64,000 nucleotides of DNA from a virus (lineage: Duplodnaviria; Caudoviricetes). Position numbers and translations under genes: made by a program. The number at the start of each line of letters is the position of its first letter. The stretch's first letter is position 1. The notes under the pieces are model-generated. The model did no database searches, had not been told where the DNA came from, and saw only the letters and a program-made list of their open reading frames with translations. This document shows positions 32,001 through 43,512 of this stretch, piece by piece. The stretch is taken from the IMG/VR virus record IMGVR_UViG_3300028048_003164, positions 32,001-96,000 of that record, one strand, 5' to 3'.

Positions 32001-34489
32001 GAAGGATGAAAATGGCTTGTTCTATTGCGCCCCTCTATATGGGAAACCGTGTGAGAAATTCGAAAAGAAGTGACAATATGAAAGAAAGAAGCGATTGAAA
32101 TTATGGGTTGTGATATACATTTAAGAGTGGAACGGAGAAGGAGGAAAAAATCTTATCCTAATGAAAGAAATGAATGGTACAATGTCGGTTTCTTGGGTGA
32201 GTTCCGTTGCCGTATATACGGAATGTTTGCACGCATGGCAAATGTGAGAGCATATGGTGATAATTATAAAGTTCAGTTTGAACCACGTGGACTTCCAAAT
32301 GACATAATAGATTGGGCTACTCGTAACAGTTTCTATTTGTACGTAACAGACGATAAAGCGGCAGCAGACTGGGGAGAGCGTTACTGCTTAAAGGAAATGG
32401 CTGAAAAATGGGTAGAATTAGGTTGCTCAAAATGGGTAGACGAAGACCACAGAACGGTAACAGACCCAGACCTTCATTCTCATTCATGGCTTACCACACA
32501 GGAGTTAAGGCAGTGTTTTGATGATTGCTTCAAGCAGGAGGACGGAACGATGAAACCTTATGCTGACTATGTAGAGTGGCTTGGGCTTGTCTCCCTTTGT
32601 GAGGGCATTGAATCGACAGGAGAGTACGAGTGCCGTGTGGTGTTTGCGTTTGACAACTAAAATAAGAAGTATGACAAAGTATATTGTAAGAAGATCAAGT
32701 ACATGGGATTACGAACAACCTGTAGAAGAGGCTGTTCCATGCGAAATCCATAAATATGAAAGTATAGCTGCAAGTGCATCAGAAAGTGTAAAAGAGAGGT
32801 TTCGTTATTTACTTGACGTAGAAAGGGAAGATGAAAAAGGATTATGCGGTTATTATAAGAAACCGACGAAGGCCTGGATGTGCGATATTCCCGACTTGCA
32901 TAAGTTCGTCGAGAAGTACGGAAAAATTATCTTATTTAAGCCGTCTAACAAAGAAGGTCTTTGGGAGGTGGAGATTTATGATGATTATAGGGAGTAATAT
33001 TTTAGAATGTATAAAAAAGATGAAAGAGATAAGAATACCAGGAGGTACAAACCTTGACGAAACAATTGAGTGGCTGAAGAAAGAATCCGAGAACGGAGGC
33101 GAACCGTGCTTTGGCATGTTCAATGGAAAGGAAATTTATTCCACAGACAGCGTTGATGAAGCCTATATGAAAGTTCTTGGTAAGACAAAGGCTGAATTTG
33201 AAGAAGGGCAACGAAAGTGGAGAGAAGAGTATGAACGTGCTGAGCGCGAGCATCGGGCAAGAATACCGCAACTGACCGAGCATAACCGAAACGAAGCGCG
33301 TGGTCTTGTATTGGATAGCGAGTTGGAGTATTGGGATGAGATTGTTCCTATTCGTCTCGGCGACCTTTATCATGGCATGGAGTTGCAGCAGGTCTTGGAT
33401 TGCTGTAAGATAATGCGTGACGAGTCGCTTGTGTACGCAGCACGTCTGGAGAAGGCTTACGATGCTTTCATGTCGGCTGGTCACAGTGGAATGTCCGCAA
33501 ATCTTACAATGGCTATGCTTGCTCGTTTCTGCCCTCATGGGATGGAGCTTGCGGATGCTTGCAGAGAGTTTAGGTTTGAAAGGAGTAAGAAGTGAAATAT
33601 GAAGGCAAGAGACAAGAAAACAGGAGAAATCGTAGAGATTGAGCGATACGGTGCTGACGGCAGCTATACCATGTTCCGAAATAGCGAAGGCGAATTGATG
33701 AACCTGCCCGTCAACTTCTATGACAACTACGTAGAAATAGAAGAAACGGAAGTTTCTATCGACTGGGAGCAGCGACGCTATGAGATAGCAAAAGAGATGA
33801 TACCACAGGTGTTTCATGAACTGACGCTGGCTATACAAGCTGGAGAAGGTATAGTAGGCAAGACTAAGATGGAGGCCACGGCAGAATGTGCCGTGTGGTA
33901 CGCTGACGCACTGATAGCAGAACTAAAGAAAACACTTAAAGACAAGGAGGAATAAATCATGAACGAACAAGAAGTAATCACCCTTCACGACCTGATAAAG
34001 TGGGTGCAAGACTGGATGCACACTTGCGGGATAAACCATGTTAATCCAAAAGATGTGCCATTCTATATCGAGAACAATAACCGCAGGTATCGTCCTTTTT
34101 CCGGCAATCTCTGTTTCGGGAATAAAGGTGTATCGGTGGCAGTTGAGTTTTTCGACAGTGACATTGTGCGTTTCGACCCGAAGGATAAACGTCCTGAAGG
34201 CGGCGGCGAGTATTGGAAGAGCCGTGGGGCAAGCCAGTATGATGTCAGTGGATTTGTGGAGTCGAAACCAGCAGGTGAGCGTCTGCTGCGCATGGTGAAG
34301 TACATCCTCGAAACAGACGAACCGAAGACGTTCCTCGACTACCGCGAGTTCGAGCCAAACTGGATACAGTTCAAGTTCTCTGCCGAGGAATTTGATGTGG
34401 AGAAACTCGACCAGATGGCTACGGTCAATAACAACATCATCACCGAGCAGATTGTGCGTCAATGTGTAAAATCAAGAGCGGAGGAATGA
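29033..34489 (+). other. Array of accessory hypothetical genes (29033-29353, 29359-29589, 29811-30119, 30116-30574, 30598-30987, 30984-31430, 31590-31802, 31804-32073, 32103-32660, 32671-32997, 33020-33595, 33599-33955, 33959-34489)
   Basis: Co-oriented, tightly packed ORFs. 29811 has CxxC...CxxC; 32103 is an MGCDIH-type conserved phage protein. Confidence 0.7.
29679..29713 (+). promoter_or_regulatory. Promoter with palindromic box
   Basis: ATATTTTGTTATAAAACAT-N8-TACTTTTG. Confidence 0.6.
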
Positions 34490-34884
34490 CTATGCAACCG
34501 CAGAAAATAAAAATCATATATCAGCCACTAAAGGCTAAGTGGTACAGAATGATAGAGGCTGGTATCAAGCCCGAGGAATATCGGGAAGCAACTCCTTATT
34601 GGTGTAAGCGTTTTCTCGGCGTTAATGGTCTTGCCTTAGCGTACAGGCTTGGCACAAGGGACGTAAACAAGGCTGGCTACACCCACGTGCAGTTCTCCCT
34701 CGGCTACCCGAAGAAAGACGACGAGAGCAGACGAATAACCTTTGAGCTGAAAGGTGTCTTTTACCGCACTGGGAACGAGGCGTGGGGCGCGGAGAAAGGA
34801 AAGAAATATCTTGTCGAGGTGCTGGGTAGACGCACATCGCTCGACGGAACAAAACTATGGAAAGAAAAACTAACGCAGGTTTGA
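34462..34884 (+). CDS. ASCH domain protein (true start probably near 34486-34492)
   Basis: LKAKWYRMIEAGIKPEEYRE...VQFSLGY...WGAE. Confidence 0.75.
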   Translation: MCKIKSGGMTMQPQKIKIIYQPLKAKWYRMIEAGIKPEEYREATPYWCKRFLGVNGLALAYRLGTRDVNKAGYTHVQFSLGYPKKDDESRRITFELKGVFYRTGNEAWGAEKGKKYLVEVLGRRTSLDGTKLWKEKLTQV

Positions 34885-34919
34885 GTCCTGCATAATATAA
34901 ACAAAAAAAATAAATAATT

Positions 34920-35528
34920 ATGTTTGAAAACATTCAGAACTCCTTTAATGGTATGTTTGGTAAGATAGCATCAGGCATGTGCCGTCTTACTATGAATGGC
35001 AGCATCGCTGTCAAGTGCTCTAACGGCTACAAGTCCTATAATATAAAGAAAGGGACTTTAACCAATGTTACTAATTTCTGCTTCAACGTAGGTGATGAGA
35101 TGTTTTTTGTTATTCCAACAAATAAGGTTGAGGTTGGCGACATTATCCTTGTAGGTGGAAAGCCAAAGTGCGTCACAGAGGCTAACAAGAAGATTATCAC
35201 GGTTATAGATTATGAAAACGCAGAGGTTCGACAGGTTGTGCCAGAGCGACACGTTTTCATGGGCAGCACATACTTCTATGGGAAAATCGTTTCCATGTTT
35301 GGTAATGCCTTTAAAGGCGGCAGGGGGCTTGGAAATATGATGAAGATGATGATGTTCTCTCAAATGATGGGAGGTGGCAACAATAGCACGAACAATAACG
35401 GATTTGGTCAGATGATGGCAATGTCTATGTTTATGGGCGGCAAGGAAAATCCGTTTGACGGTATGTTTGACTTTGACTTTAGTGAGAGCGATAACGAAGA
35501 GGAAACAGAAACAAGCGAGGAGGATTAA
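34920..35528 (+). CDS. Conserved hypothetical protein with a Met/Gly-rich C-terminus, upstream of the vWA gene
   Basis: MMKMMMFSQMMGGG...MMAMSMFMGG. Confidence 0.75.
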   Translation: MFENIQNSFNGMFGKIASGMCRLTMNGSIAVKCSNGYKSYNIKKGTLTNVTNFCFNVGDEMFFVIPTNKVEVGDIILVGGKPKCVTEANKKIITVIDYENAEVRQVVPERHVFMGSTYFYGKIVSMFGNAFKGGRGLGNMMKMMMFSQMMGGGNNSTNNNGFGQMMAMSMFMGGKENPFDGMFDFDFSESDNEEETETSEED

Positions 35529-35635
35529 ACGATGGGAGCAATAGGTAAGGTCGTATTTTCTGAGTACGCAAAGGAAAACGTTCAGAATCAGACAAACAAA
35601 GTAACAAACAATGAAAACAAAAAGGAGGAGAAGTA

Positions 35636-36499
35636 ATGGGAAGCGGAACAGTATCACATAGTTCAATGCGTACCTACGCAACCAGTCTTGGTCGCAGTTA
35701 TGATTCTTCAACGGGACGTGTTAAAGGACAGGAGTTTGTTGCAAGAAACATAGATCCTTCACTTGACCCAAGAAACTTTAAGGTAAGGGAATGTGTCAAT
35801 AGCGAAGAGCACCCTAATACCATTCCTGTAATCCTTGGTCTTGACGTTACTGGTTCGATGGGTGAGGCTTGTAGCGAGACTGCGGCAGCTCTGGGCACCA
35901 TTATTTTTAACCTTTACAAGAAGTTTAAGGACATAGAGTTCTGTATGATGGGCATAGGTGATTTGGCTTACGACCGTGCACCAATTCAAATGAGTCAGTT
36001 TGAGAGCGACATCCGCATAGTAGAGTCGTTAGACAAAGTCTATATGGAGCATGGTGGCGGTGGAAATCGCTACGAGAGTTACACGGCTGCTTGGTACATG
36101 GGATTGAAGCGAACGAAACTTGACTGCTATGACAAACAGCATCGGAAAGGTATCATCATCACTATGGGTGACGAGCCGCTGAATCCCTATCTTCCGGTGG
36201 ACAAATTGAACCAAGCTATCGGTGGTACCGAACAGACCGACATCGAGACGCACCAGCTCTATCAGGAGGCAACCGAAAAGTTCGACATCTTCCACATCGC
36301 CGTGGATAGTCCGCAAGACAGCTACAAGTTTTATCAGAATGACATAGCCAGCAGCTTTGGATCTGTTCTTGGTCTGCGCTATAAGGTAGCTTCAATCAAC
36401 AACCTTGCTGCAGTGATAGAAACGTGTATAAACGAAAGTTTGGAGGGCGTAGCACAGCAGCCAGAAAGCAAACTGAATAATGGTTTAATAAGTTGGTAG
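35636..36499 (+). CDS. von Willebrand factor A domain protein
   Basis: MIDAS LGLDVTGSM, GGGNRYESY and TMGDE. Confidence 0.85.
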   Translation: MGSGTVSHSSMRTYATSLGRSYDSSTGRVKGQEFVARNIDPSLDPRNFKVRECVNSEEHPNTIPVILGLDVTGSMGEACSETAAALGTIIFNLYKKFKDIEFCMMGIGDLAYDRAPIQMSQFESDIRIVESLDKVYMEHGGGGNRYESYTAAWYMGLKRTKLDCYDKQHRKGIIITMGDEPLNPYLPVDKLNQAIGGTEQTDIETHQLYQEATEKFDIFHIAVDSPQDSYKFYQNDIASSFGSVLGLRYKVASINNLAAVIETCINESLEGVAQQPESKLNNGLISW

Positions 36500-36505
36500 A
36501 GGCCT

Positions 36506-37570
36506 ATGAATGCAAGAATAGTAATTGGAGCAAATTATGGAGATGAGGGAAAGGGTACGGTCGTTGCCCACCTTACAAAAACTGGCACAAATGTGCTGAA
36601 TGTCTTGACGAATGGAGGCTCACAGCGTGGGCACTCCATTCTCACCAAGGACGGTTCAATGACGTTTCAGCACTTTGGAAGCGGCACTTGTTATGGTGCG
36701 GACAACTACTATTCAGCATGGTATATCCTAAACCCTATGCAGTTCGTTAAGGAATACTGCGAATTGATAGTAAAACCGATACATATCTACCGTGATCCAA
36801 GATGCAGATGGAGCACGCCTTATGACGCTATGGCTAATCTTATAGACGAAGAAGCAAGAGGGAGACACGCATCATGTGGAATGGGTATATGGATGACAAT
36901 TAAACGCTACGGAAGCATGCCTATCATGCTGTTTGATGACTTTGTTAAAAATGAAGATAGACAATATGCGTATCTCGAAAGCGTGAAGTCTTACTACGAG
37001 AATTTCATGGAAATACCGACAAAATGGAAGGATACATGGGATTCAGACATACTGAAGGTACATTTCATCCGAGATTGTCAGATTATGCACTCACTTACAA
37101 AGCCCGCAGACGTTGTGACAATGAATAGCTACGACAATATTGTTTTCGAGAATGGCCAAGGACTTCTCCTTTGCGACACAGGCAAAGATACGGAAGACAC
37201 TACTCCATCCAATACGGGTATTTCCTATGCGCTTTCAATGGCAAGGCAAATGGGAATAGAGGATATAACCGCACACTATGTGACACGTCCGTATCTTACA
37301 AGACATGGAGACGGGCATATCAGCAATGAGATAAGTAGGTATGCTCTTTCTTCCGACATACTGGATGACAGGACAAACCATTACAATGAGCATCAAGGAA
37401 TGTTCCGCTATGGAGAACTTGATATAACAGAACTTCACAATAGGATTACTGACGATGCAAAGGGCGTTAACTATGTCCTTGATGTGACGCATTGCGATGA
37501 AATGGATAGGGTTAAAGAATTTAAAAAAGAATTTGCTAAAGTAAATACTTACGACAGTCCGTTAATTTAA
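36506..37570 (+). CDS. Adenylosuccinate synthetase-like protein (divergent PurA fold)
   Basis: GANYGDEGKG, NGGSQRGH, HFGSG, SCGMGI, FENGQGLLL, TPSNTG, YLTRHGDG and QGMFRYG. Confidence 0.85.
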   Translation: MNARIVIGANYGDEGKGTVVAHLTKTGTNVLNVLTNGGSQRGHSILTKDGSMTFQHFGSGTCYGADNYYSAWYILNPMQFVKEYCELIVKPIHIYRDPRCRWSTPYDAMANLIDEEARGRHASCGMGIWMTIKRYGSMPIMLFDDFVKNEDRQYAYLESVKSYYENFMEIPTKWKDTWDSDILKVHFIRDCQIMHSLTKPADVVTMNSYDNIVFENGQGLLLCDTGKDTEDTTPSNTGISYALSMARQMGIEDITAHYVTRPYLTRHGDGHISNEISRYALSSDILDDRTNHYNEHQGMFRYGELDITELHNRITDDAKGVNYVLDVTHCDEMDRVKEFKKEFAKVNTYDSPLI

Positions 37571-37583
37571 AATAATAGGAACT

Positions 37584-39463
37584 ATGAAGTATATTGATTC
37601 AGAGAAAATAACAGCAAAGATTGATGGAATCATTGAAACGCTGAAAAGAAGTTGCAACCCAGACCCGCTTGGCACGACAGAGGAGTGTATGGTCGCTGCC
37701 GAGCTTGAGGCACTGGGGTTGGTAAAGTCCATCATTGACGAGATGAAGCAGGAAGAACCGACACCGCCAGGCATTGAAGAGGAATGCAAGAGAAAAGGTT
37801 GGCTTGACTACGGTTTGATGATGAGCGAGATTGGATTGTACCGATACAATGCGATACACCGCATCAAGGCACACAAGGAAGAGTTCGACCCTAACACCAT
37901 TCCCAACCTCTATCACGTTGCAGAATATTATAAGGCTGTTGGCGAGGAGGTGGTCTGCTGCTGCTTGCAAGCATACTGCAAGGATTTTATCTTTACGCAG
38001 GAAGAAGTGAAGGAGATTATCAAGAAGGAGGATTGGCAATGAAAGAAAGCGATTTCAAGGAATTGTGGAAAGACAATAAGACGTATGAGCATGTCCCTCT
38101 GCCTAAGAGTGTCTTGAAGATTCTAAAGAGGCAGTACAATGGGTATGTGCTTCATGCTTTTATCTATCACGACGCGAGAAAGTGGACTGACGGCAAAGAC
38201 CACAAGTCTATGGTTCTTGGCTTTGATAAGATAATCAGTGCAAACTATGTAGTCCGAGGACCAGGAGTGTGCTGTGGAATGGATCATTGCGTCCACGATT
38301 GGGATGACCTTGCAAGAGAAATAGCATTTGATTATCCTGAAAATGCAAAAGAATAAAGGAGGACAAGTGATGGAAAGAAAAGTGTTAAAGGCAAGCACAG
38401 AGGAAACCCGTGAATGCGTAACAAGGATGCTGCGCAAAAAGGTAAAGACAATGCGTAGCGAGGAGGACGGGATTTATGTCGAAGGTTTTCTTCCATTTAG
38501 CCTGATGGAAGATGTCGTCGAACTTCTTAGGACGGCAAAAAAGTTTCAGCGCATAACAGGTGTGGCGAGAATACAAGTCAAAGACCTCTCTCATATGACG
38601 GAGGAAGAAGCTATCGCATACATAGACTCGCTTGGAGCATTTGGCTACAGTACGTCGGAACTAAGGAATCAGTATAAACGAACAAAGACCATAATTATAT
38701 GAACAAAATAGCAAAAAAGACAGGTATATATTGTTCTCCTTGTGTAACTTTTGCCGTAGCGAGAAACGAACAAAGTGGCAGGTGGGTAGGCTCTATTTCT
38801 ATAGGTGAGATGTATTACGAGACTGACCCCTATAAAGACAAAGACGGAGCGGTTTCAGAATTGCTTGGGTGTCTTGAAGCGTTGAAAAAAAATATAGAAG
38901 AAAAAATAAACGAATTAAAATGATTTATGGAAACAATTCAAGAAGGGAAGGCATACTACTTTTACGATGACAGGGCAACGGATAGCGTATGTAAGGCTCA
39001 TGTGCTGCACATCCTCCCTCATCCGGAAAGCAACAATAATAAGTTAATCGTATATCGCTGGTACGGAAAGCACAGACGACGTTGGTGGTATGGGGTGACA
39101 ACTCTTGCCATACAAGAAATATGGGATGAATACTGCCAAAAATTTTGTAGGTTAGATAAGGAACGGAGGGATAAGGCAAGGGCTAAGAAGTGTGGAAAAT
39201 GTGGCTATTTTATGCGCTACATCAACTATAAAGGACAGCCCAGTCATTTAGGCGATTGTGCCAATATCCAAATGAACAAAGAGTGCTACGATGGCATTAA
39301 TCCTTTCAACGATGAAGACGAACAGCTATTGCAAGTTGAAGAAAACGAGACAGCTTGCAATGGATTTAAGGAAAATATGACAAAACGAGTTATGGATTAT
39401 ATCAATGAACATCCATCATTATATGTGCAAGCTACGCATTTTAAGCCAAAGAAGAGCAGGTAA
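37584..39463 (+). other. Accessory hypothetical genes (37584-38042, 38033-38356, ~38369-38702, 38699-38923, 38927-39463)
   Basis: Co-oriented ORFs; two have paralogues in the leftward arm. Confidence 0.65.
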
Positions 39464-39478
39464 AAGGGAGGAGTATTT

Positions 39479-40120
39479 ATGACAGATAATTTTAAAATGT
39501 ATAGGGAGTTCATTAATTTGCGAGGCGGACTTCCTGAGACAAACGAGAAAGGTAATCTTGACAAGTATTACGTAATCGAACTGATACGCCGAGGAAAGGA
39601 TAATCCAGATATGGCAGCAGCAAACTATCATTTCCGGAATTACTATATCTACTCATGGCTTGACCTTGACAAATATGAAAAAGAAATAAAAGATGTTTGT
39701 ACGCTGCTTAAGATGCGTGCTTATTGTTCCGTGAACTACAAACTGATGTCACAGGTTGCTCTTGATACGCAAGCGGAGTCAGCACGGAGGATTGCAGCAC
39801 ATGACTATAAGAAATTCTACAACATCTTTGAATCATGCTCTGGAAAGTATGTGAAAAGAGGTGATTCCTTATGGGTGGTTGACGTTGACGGTGATGTGTC
39901 AGAAACATATCTGTCTCAATTAATGGAATATATAAACTCGATGGAATCAGGACATGAAAGAAATGTAGAATTCGTAATGTGTACAAGGAACGGAATCCAT
40001 ATTATTTGCAACCCATTCAATCTGCAGCAGTTCAATATCGGATTTAAGAGTAAATTCAAAGAAATGGAAGTTCCAGATGTGAAGAAGAATCATTTGACAT
40101 TGTTATACGAGAATTTATGA
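39479..40120 (+). CDS. Hypothetical protein, possibly AEP/primase-polymerase-like
   Basis: WVVDVD (DxD) and TRNGIH motifs. Confidence 0.5.
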   Translation: MTDNFKMYREFINLRGGLPETNEKGNLDKYYVIELIRRGKDNPDMAAANYHFRNYYIYSWLDLDKYEKEIKDVCTLLKMRAYCSVNYKLMSQVALDTQAESARRIAAHDYKKFYNIFESCSGKYVKRGDSLWVVDVDGDVSETYLSQLMEYINSMESGHERNVEFVMCTRNGIHIICNPFNLQQFNIGFKSKFKEMEVPDVKKNHLTLLYENL

Positions 40121-40542
40121 TAGAAGGAATAATATCCAATGTACGTACGGAGGCTGAGTCGGAGGTGGAACGTGTCTTCAAGCATGTTCTTGTAGAGTTG
40201 TACATGAAAGGCTTTATGAGAGGTCTTGAATGTGCGGAAGACAAGGATGCAGCGTTGCGGCGTTTGACAGAGGAGGCAGAGGCCTTTGAAGGCGGAGCAG
40301 TGCGTAAGGAAAGACCACTTGTAAGGCTGAAACCTGATGCAATTCTCAAGAGGAGATTGAATAAGTCGGATTTCAATACGAAAGTGTGGCGAACTTTAAA
40401 TGAACTCAACTGCGAGACTTTGGGGGATATTTTACAGATAAGTGAGAAGTTCTATCTTAGCAGACGAGGCTTTGGAATGGGTAGTCTTAATGTCCTGAGA
40501 AAATATGTTAAGCAGTTCGGCTATAAGCTAAAAGATAATTGA
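40117..40542 (+). CDS. Protein with an RNA polymerase alpha-CTD-like domain
   Basis: FNTKVWRTLNELNCETLGDILQISEKFYLSRRGFGMGSLNVL resembles the alpha-CTD pattern LSVR..N.L....I.T.GDL.....L....NFG.KSL.EI. Confidence 0.65.
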   Translation: MIEGIISNVRTEAESEVERVFKHVLVELYMKGFMRGLECAEDKDAALRRLTEEAEAFEGGAVRKERPLVRLKPDAILKRRLNKSDFNTKVWRTLNELNCETLGDILQISEKFYLSRRGFGMGSLNVLRKYVKQFGYKLKDN

Positions 40543-40562
40543 CCAAATATTAATCCAAATAA

Positions 40563-42611
40563 ATGATAAAATCTATGGTGGAAAAAATCTTAAAAGAAAC
40601 CTACGTCAATCCAAAAGTGGAACTGACACAGAATGATTACAATCGCCTTGTCCAGATGGCAACGATGAAAGCCAAGAAGATTGAGGAAAAGGCCAGGGAG
40701 ATATACGACAAAGAAGGTGTCGTGAAGATTGAGTTTGATGGGCGTTTTGTCTCAAACCGTTATGGTGAAAGAAACACTGAGCATTACAAGTTTGATGTAT
40801 ATTGCCCGTCATATCAAGTCACGCCAACTGGTGAATTTGAGAAGACACTGTTCTCTATCCCAGAGAAAATGCGTCAGCGAATTGCCACGAAAGTAAAGCG
40901 CTATGTGGAAGAGGTATTCATAGAGCATTTCGGCGAACACTTGTACAAGTTGAATAACATTAAGAGACTGGAGGAAAAGACAGAACGTGAGTGGAAACGG
41001 TTCCTCGTATGGACTGTCACAGGGTGGCTTCTTGCAATCCTGATGTTCGCAGTGATTTTGTTTAAGTAAGAAAAAACGAATTACAATTATGACTATCGAC
41101 GAATTGATACAGGAGTTTCCTGAGTGTGAGAGAATCAAGCGCGAGGACATCGCGGAGTGTATAACTAAAGCCATGGCGGAGGAAAAGTTTTATCAAGAAG
41201 CTGCTGACAAAATATGGAAAAAGGCACATGAGTTGTATCCGCATTACGAGGGGAGATACGATGAGAACAATGCTGAACAGAATGCCTATAGGTCGTTCTT
41301 CGTTTATAACTATGCCACAGGTAGTCTTTCCAGATTTGACGAGTGGAGGAAAACCTTCGAGACGGAGTTCATCGTCCAGCACGGATATGTACACACCTTC
41401 GAGGAATCCTGCCAGATGGCTGCCGACGAGTGGACGAGGATGATTTTTGGTAACCATATTCAGAATAACGGTGACCGTTCTGAGAACGGCTGTATAGCAA
41501 TGATGCTTGGAACGCTTGTCAAGGATAAGGCAAGCAGCGGCATTGGTGATGATACCGTAGAGAAGTTCCGCAAGCTCTGCAAGGAATACTACCTTGGTGG
41601 GTGTATCTATGAGGATGAAAAGTATGGAAAGATGAAAATAGAGCCCTACAGCGACTATGGTCCCAACGATGCATTAGGCAGTTTGCTTGAGCAGGCAGGT
41701 GTGCCACATGACCGAATCGGTAGCATTACCCCGTGGAAGACGGGCATCTATATCAACAAGCGCGATAACTCCGTCTGCGTGAGAGGTTATCAGACTGAAA
41801 GGTATTTATAATATGAAAAAGCAAAAAAAGGAATAAATTATGACAGACGAACAATACAAAAGAGCCGTTCAGATACATGAGCGCCTGAATGAACTCCAAA
41901 AGGTAAAGAAGGAAATCGAAGGCACCAGAGATCACCGTTTATGGTATGCCGAAAATGGCAACAGCGACTGGCGACTGACTACAGAGTGGGTCATGCGCTA
42001 CATCAGCGAACTGCTCGACAAGCACGACACCATGATTCGTGCAGAGATAGAAGAAGAAATCAGTAACCTGCTAAATGAAATAGAAACGTTATGAAAAAAC
42101 TTTTATTAATAACATTGGTTTTTTTTGTGACTGGTTGCGAATACAAATACAAGAAACCTGAGGTAAAATACGGTGCTTCAGAGGTCTTTATTGTTAACGT
42201 GAAAGGTCATGACTATGTAATCTTTGACGGGACTTACAAAGGCGGAATAGTCCATGCCGAGAGTTGTTCATGCAAATCAAATAAGGAAAAAGTAAAATGA
42301 TAGACATAACAAGAAATGCAGTATGGACCGAGGATTGTAGCGGAAAGATGGACTTGGACTTCCCGTTTGTCAGTTGCGATACAAGATATTGGCCGGATAA
42401 TACGTGTAAGTGTCATATTCGTCTTTGCAGCGGTGTGTACTTAGAAAAGGAGCATGAATTGTATGAGCCACATGACTCTGTAACCATTATTGAAAGCGAT
42501 TATTTAAGTGGGGACAGCAAGGAAGAGTGCCAAATGAAGGCTCGCAAATGGTATAACGACCATGCTGTTCAGGCACTCGCATCGGTGATGTTGAAACTAA
42601 CAAAAGATTAA
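40563..42611 (+). other. Accessory hypothetical genes (40563-41069 with a C-terminal TM helix, 41089-41811, 41840-42094, 42091-42300 lipoprotein-like, 42297-42611)
   Basis: Co-oriented ORFs; 42091 has a lipobox-like VTGC. Confidence 0.65.
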
Positions 42612-42612
42612 G

Positions 42613-43383
42613 ATGGTAACAAAAGTAGTTATCCGTGACAACACTAAAAGCCCCATCCGCTATATTGCGGACTTGAAGGCTTTTAAGAACGGGAAGGAGT
42701 ATGATGTCACGCCTGGAGTAAATATTATCGTTGGCGAGAATGGAAGCGGTAAGACAACGCTGATGGAGCTAATCAAAAAATATCTTATCGTGGACTATAC
42801 AGAGTGCTTCCGTGGCGAATACAATTGCAACATCAATGCCCTCTTCAAGACATTTAACAATGATGCTATACTTGACGGTGTGGATGTGTATGCCGACTAC
42901 ACCAAGAATACGTTCCGTCTCTCTCATGCAGACGAGAAAGCACAGAACGAGGCGTTGAAGACCTTTGAGGAGTTCGGCTCTTTTTTCGACCAAAAGCAGT
43001 CTTCAACGGGCGAGGGTGTCCTTGTAGCCATCAACTATCTGTTCGGCTACATCTTCGGGAAGAAAGCAAAGTTGGCCTTTGACTATAATCAGTTCAAGGA
43101 TGTCTATCCGCTGTATGTGGACTACGTGGAGAGACATCGGGTGGAATGCGCAGACGAGTGGACTATCATGATGGACGAGCCAGACAGGAATCTCTCGCTT
43201 GACAATATCGAGCATATAAAGGGAATCCTTTCGTTCCACAAACCGCATACGCAGATAATTGCCGTGGTGCATAACCCACTGCTCATTTATGCGCTATCGA
43301 AGATGGAACACATCCATTTTATCGAACTGACAAAGGAATATGTGGAAAAAGTAAAGAAACAAGTGAAAACAATTGTGGAATGA
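42613..43383 (+). CDS. ABC/AAA-family ATPase
   Basis: Walker A GENGSGKT, signature-like SSTGE, Walker B IMMDEPD and H-loop VVHNP. Confidence 0.85.
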   Translation: MVTKVVIRDNTKSPIRYIADLKAFKNGKEYDVTPGVNIIVGENGSGKTTLMELIKKYLIVDYTECFRGEYNCNINALFKTFNNDAILDGVDVYADYTKNTFRLSHADEKAQNEALKTFEEFGSFFDQKQSSTGEGVLVAINYLFGYIFGKKAKLAFDYNQFKDVYPLYVDYVERHRVECADEWTIMMDEPDRNLSLDNIEHIKGILSFHKPHTQIIAVVHNPLLIYALSKMEHIHFIELTKEYVEKVKKQVKTIVE

Positions 43384-43512
43384 AAGGAATACGGATCAAG
43401 GACGAAACCGGTTGCTGCGGATGTCTGTTCGTTGTTGTGTTATTTTGGCTGACGCTTATTGTAACGGTCGGTGGAATGAAATTGTTTATATATGTATTAA
43501 ATTTGTAACGAA

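Noticed and set aside
36506-37570. PurZ / 2-aminoadenine (Z-base) DNA system
   Set aside because: The catalytic loop is GDEGKG (Asp retained), not the Ser variant of PurZ, and no datZ/mazZ-like neighbours are recognisable.
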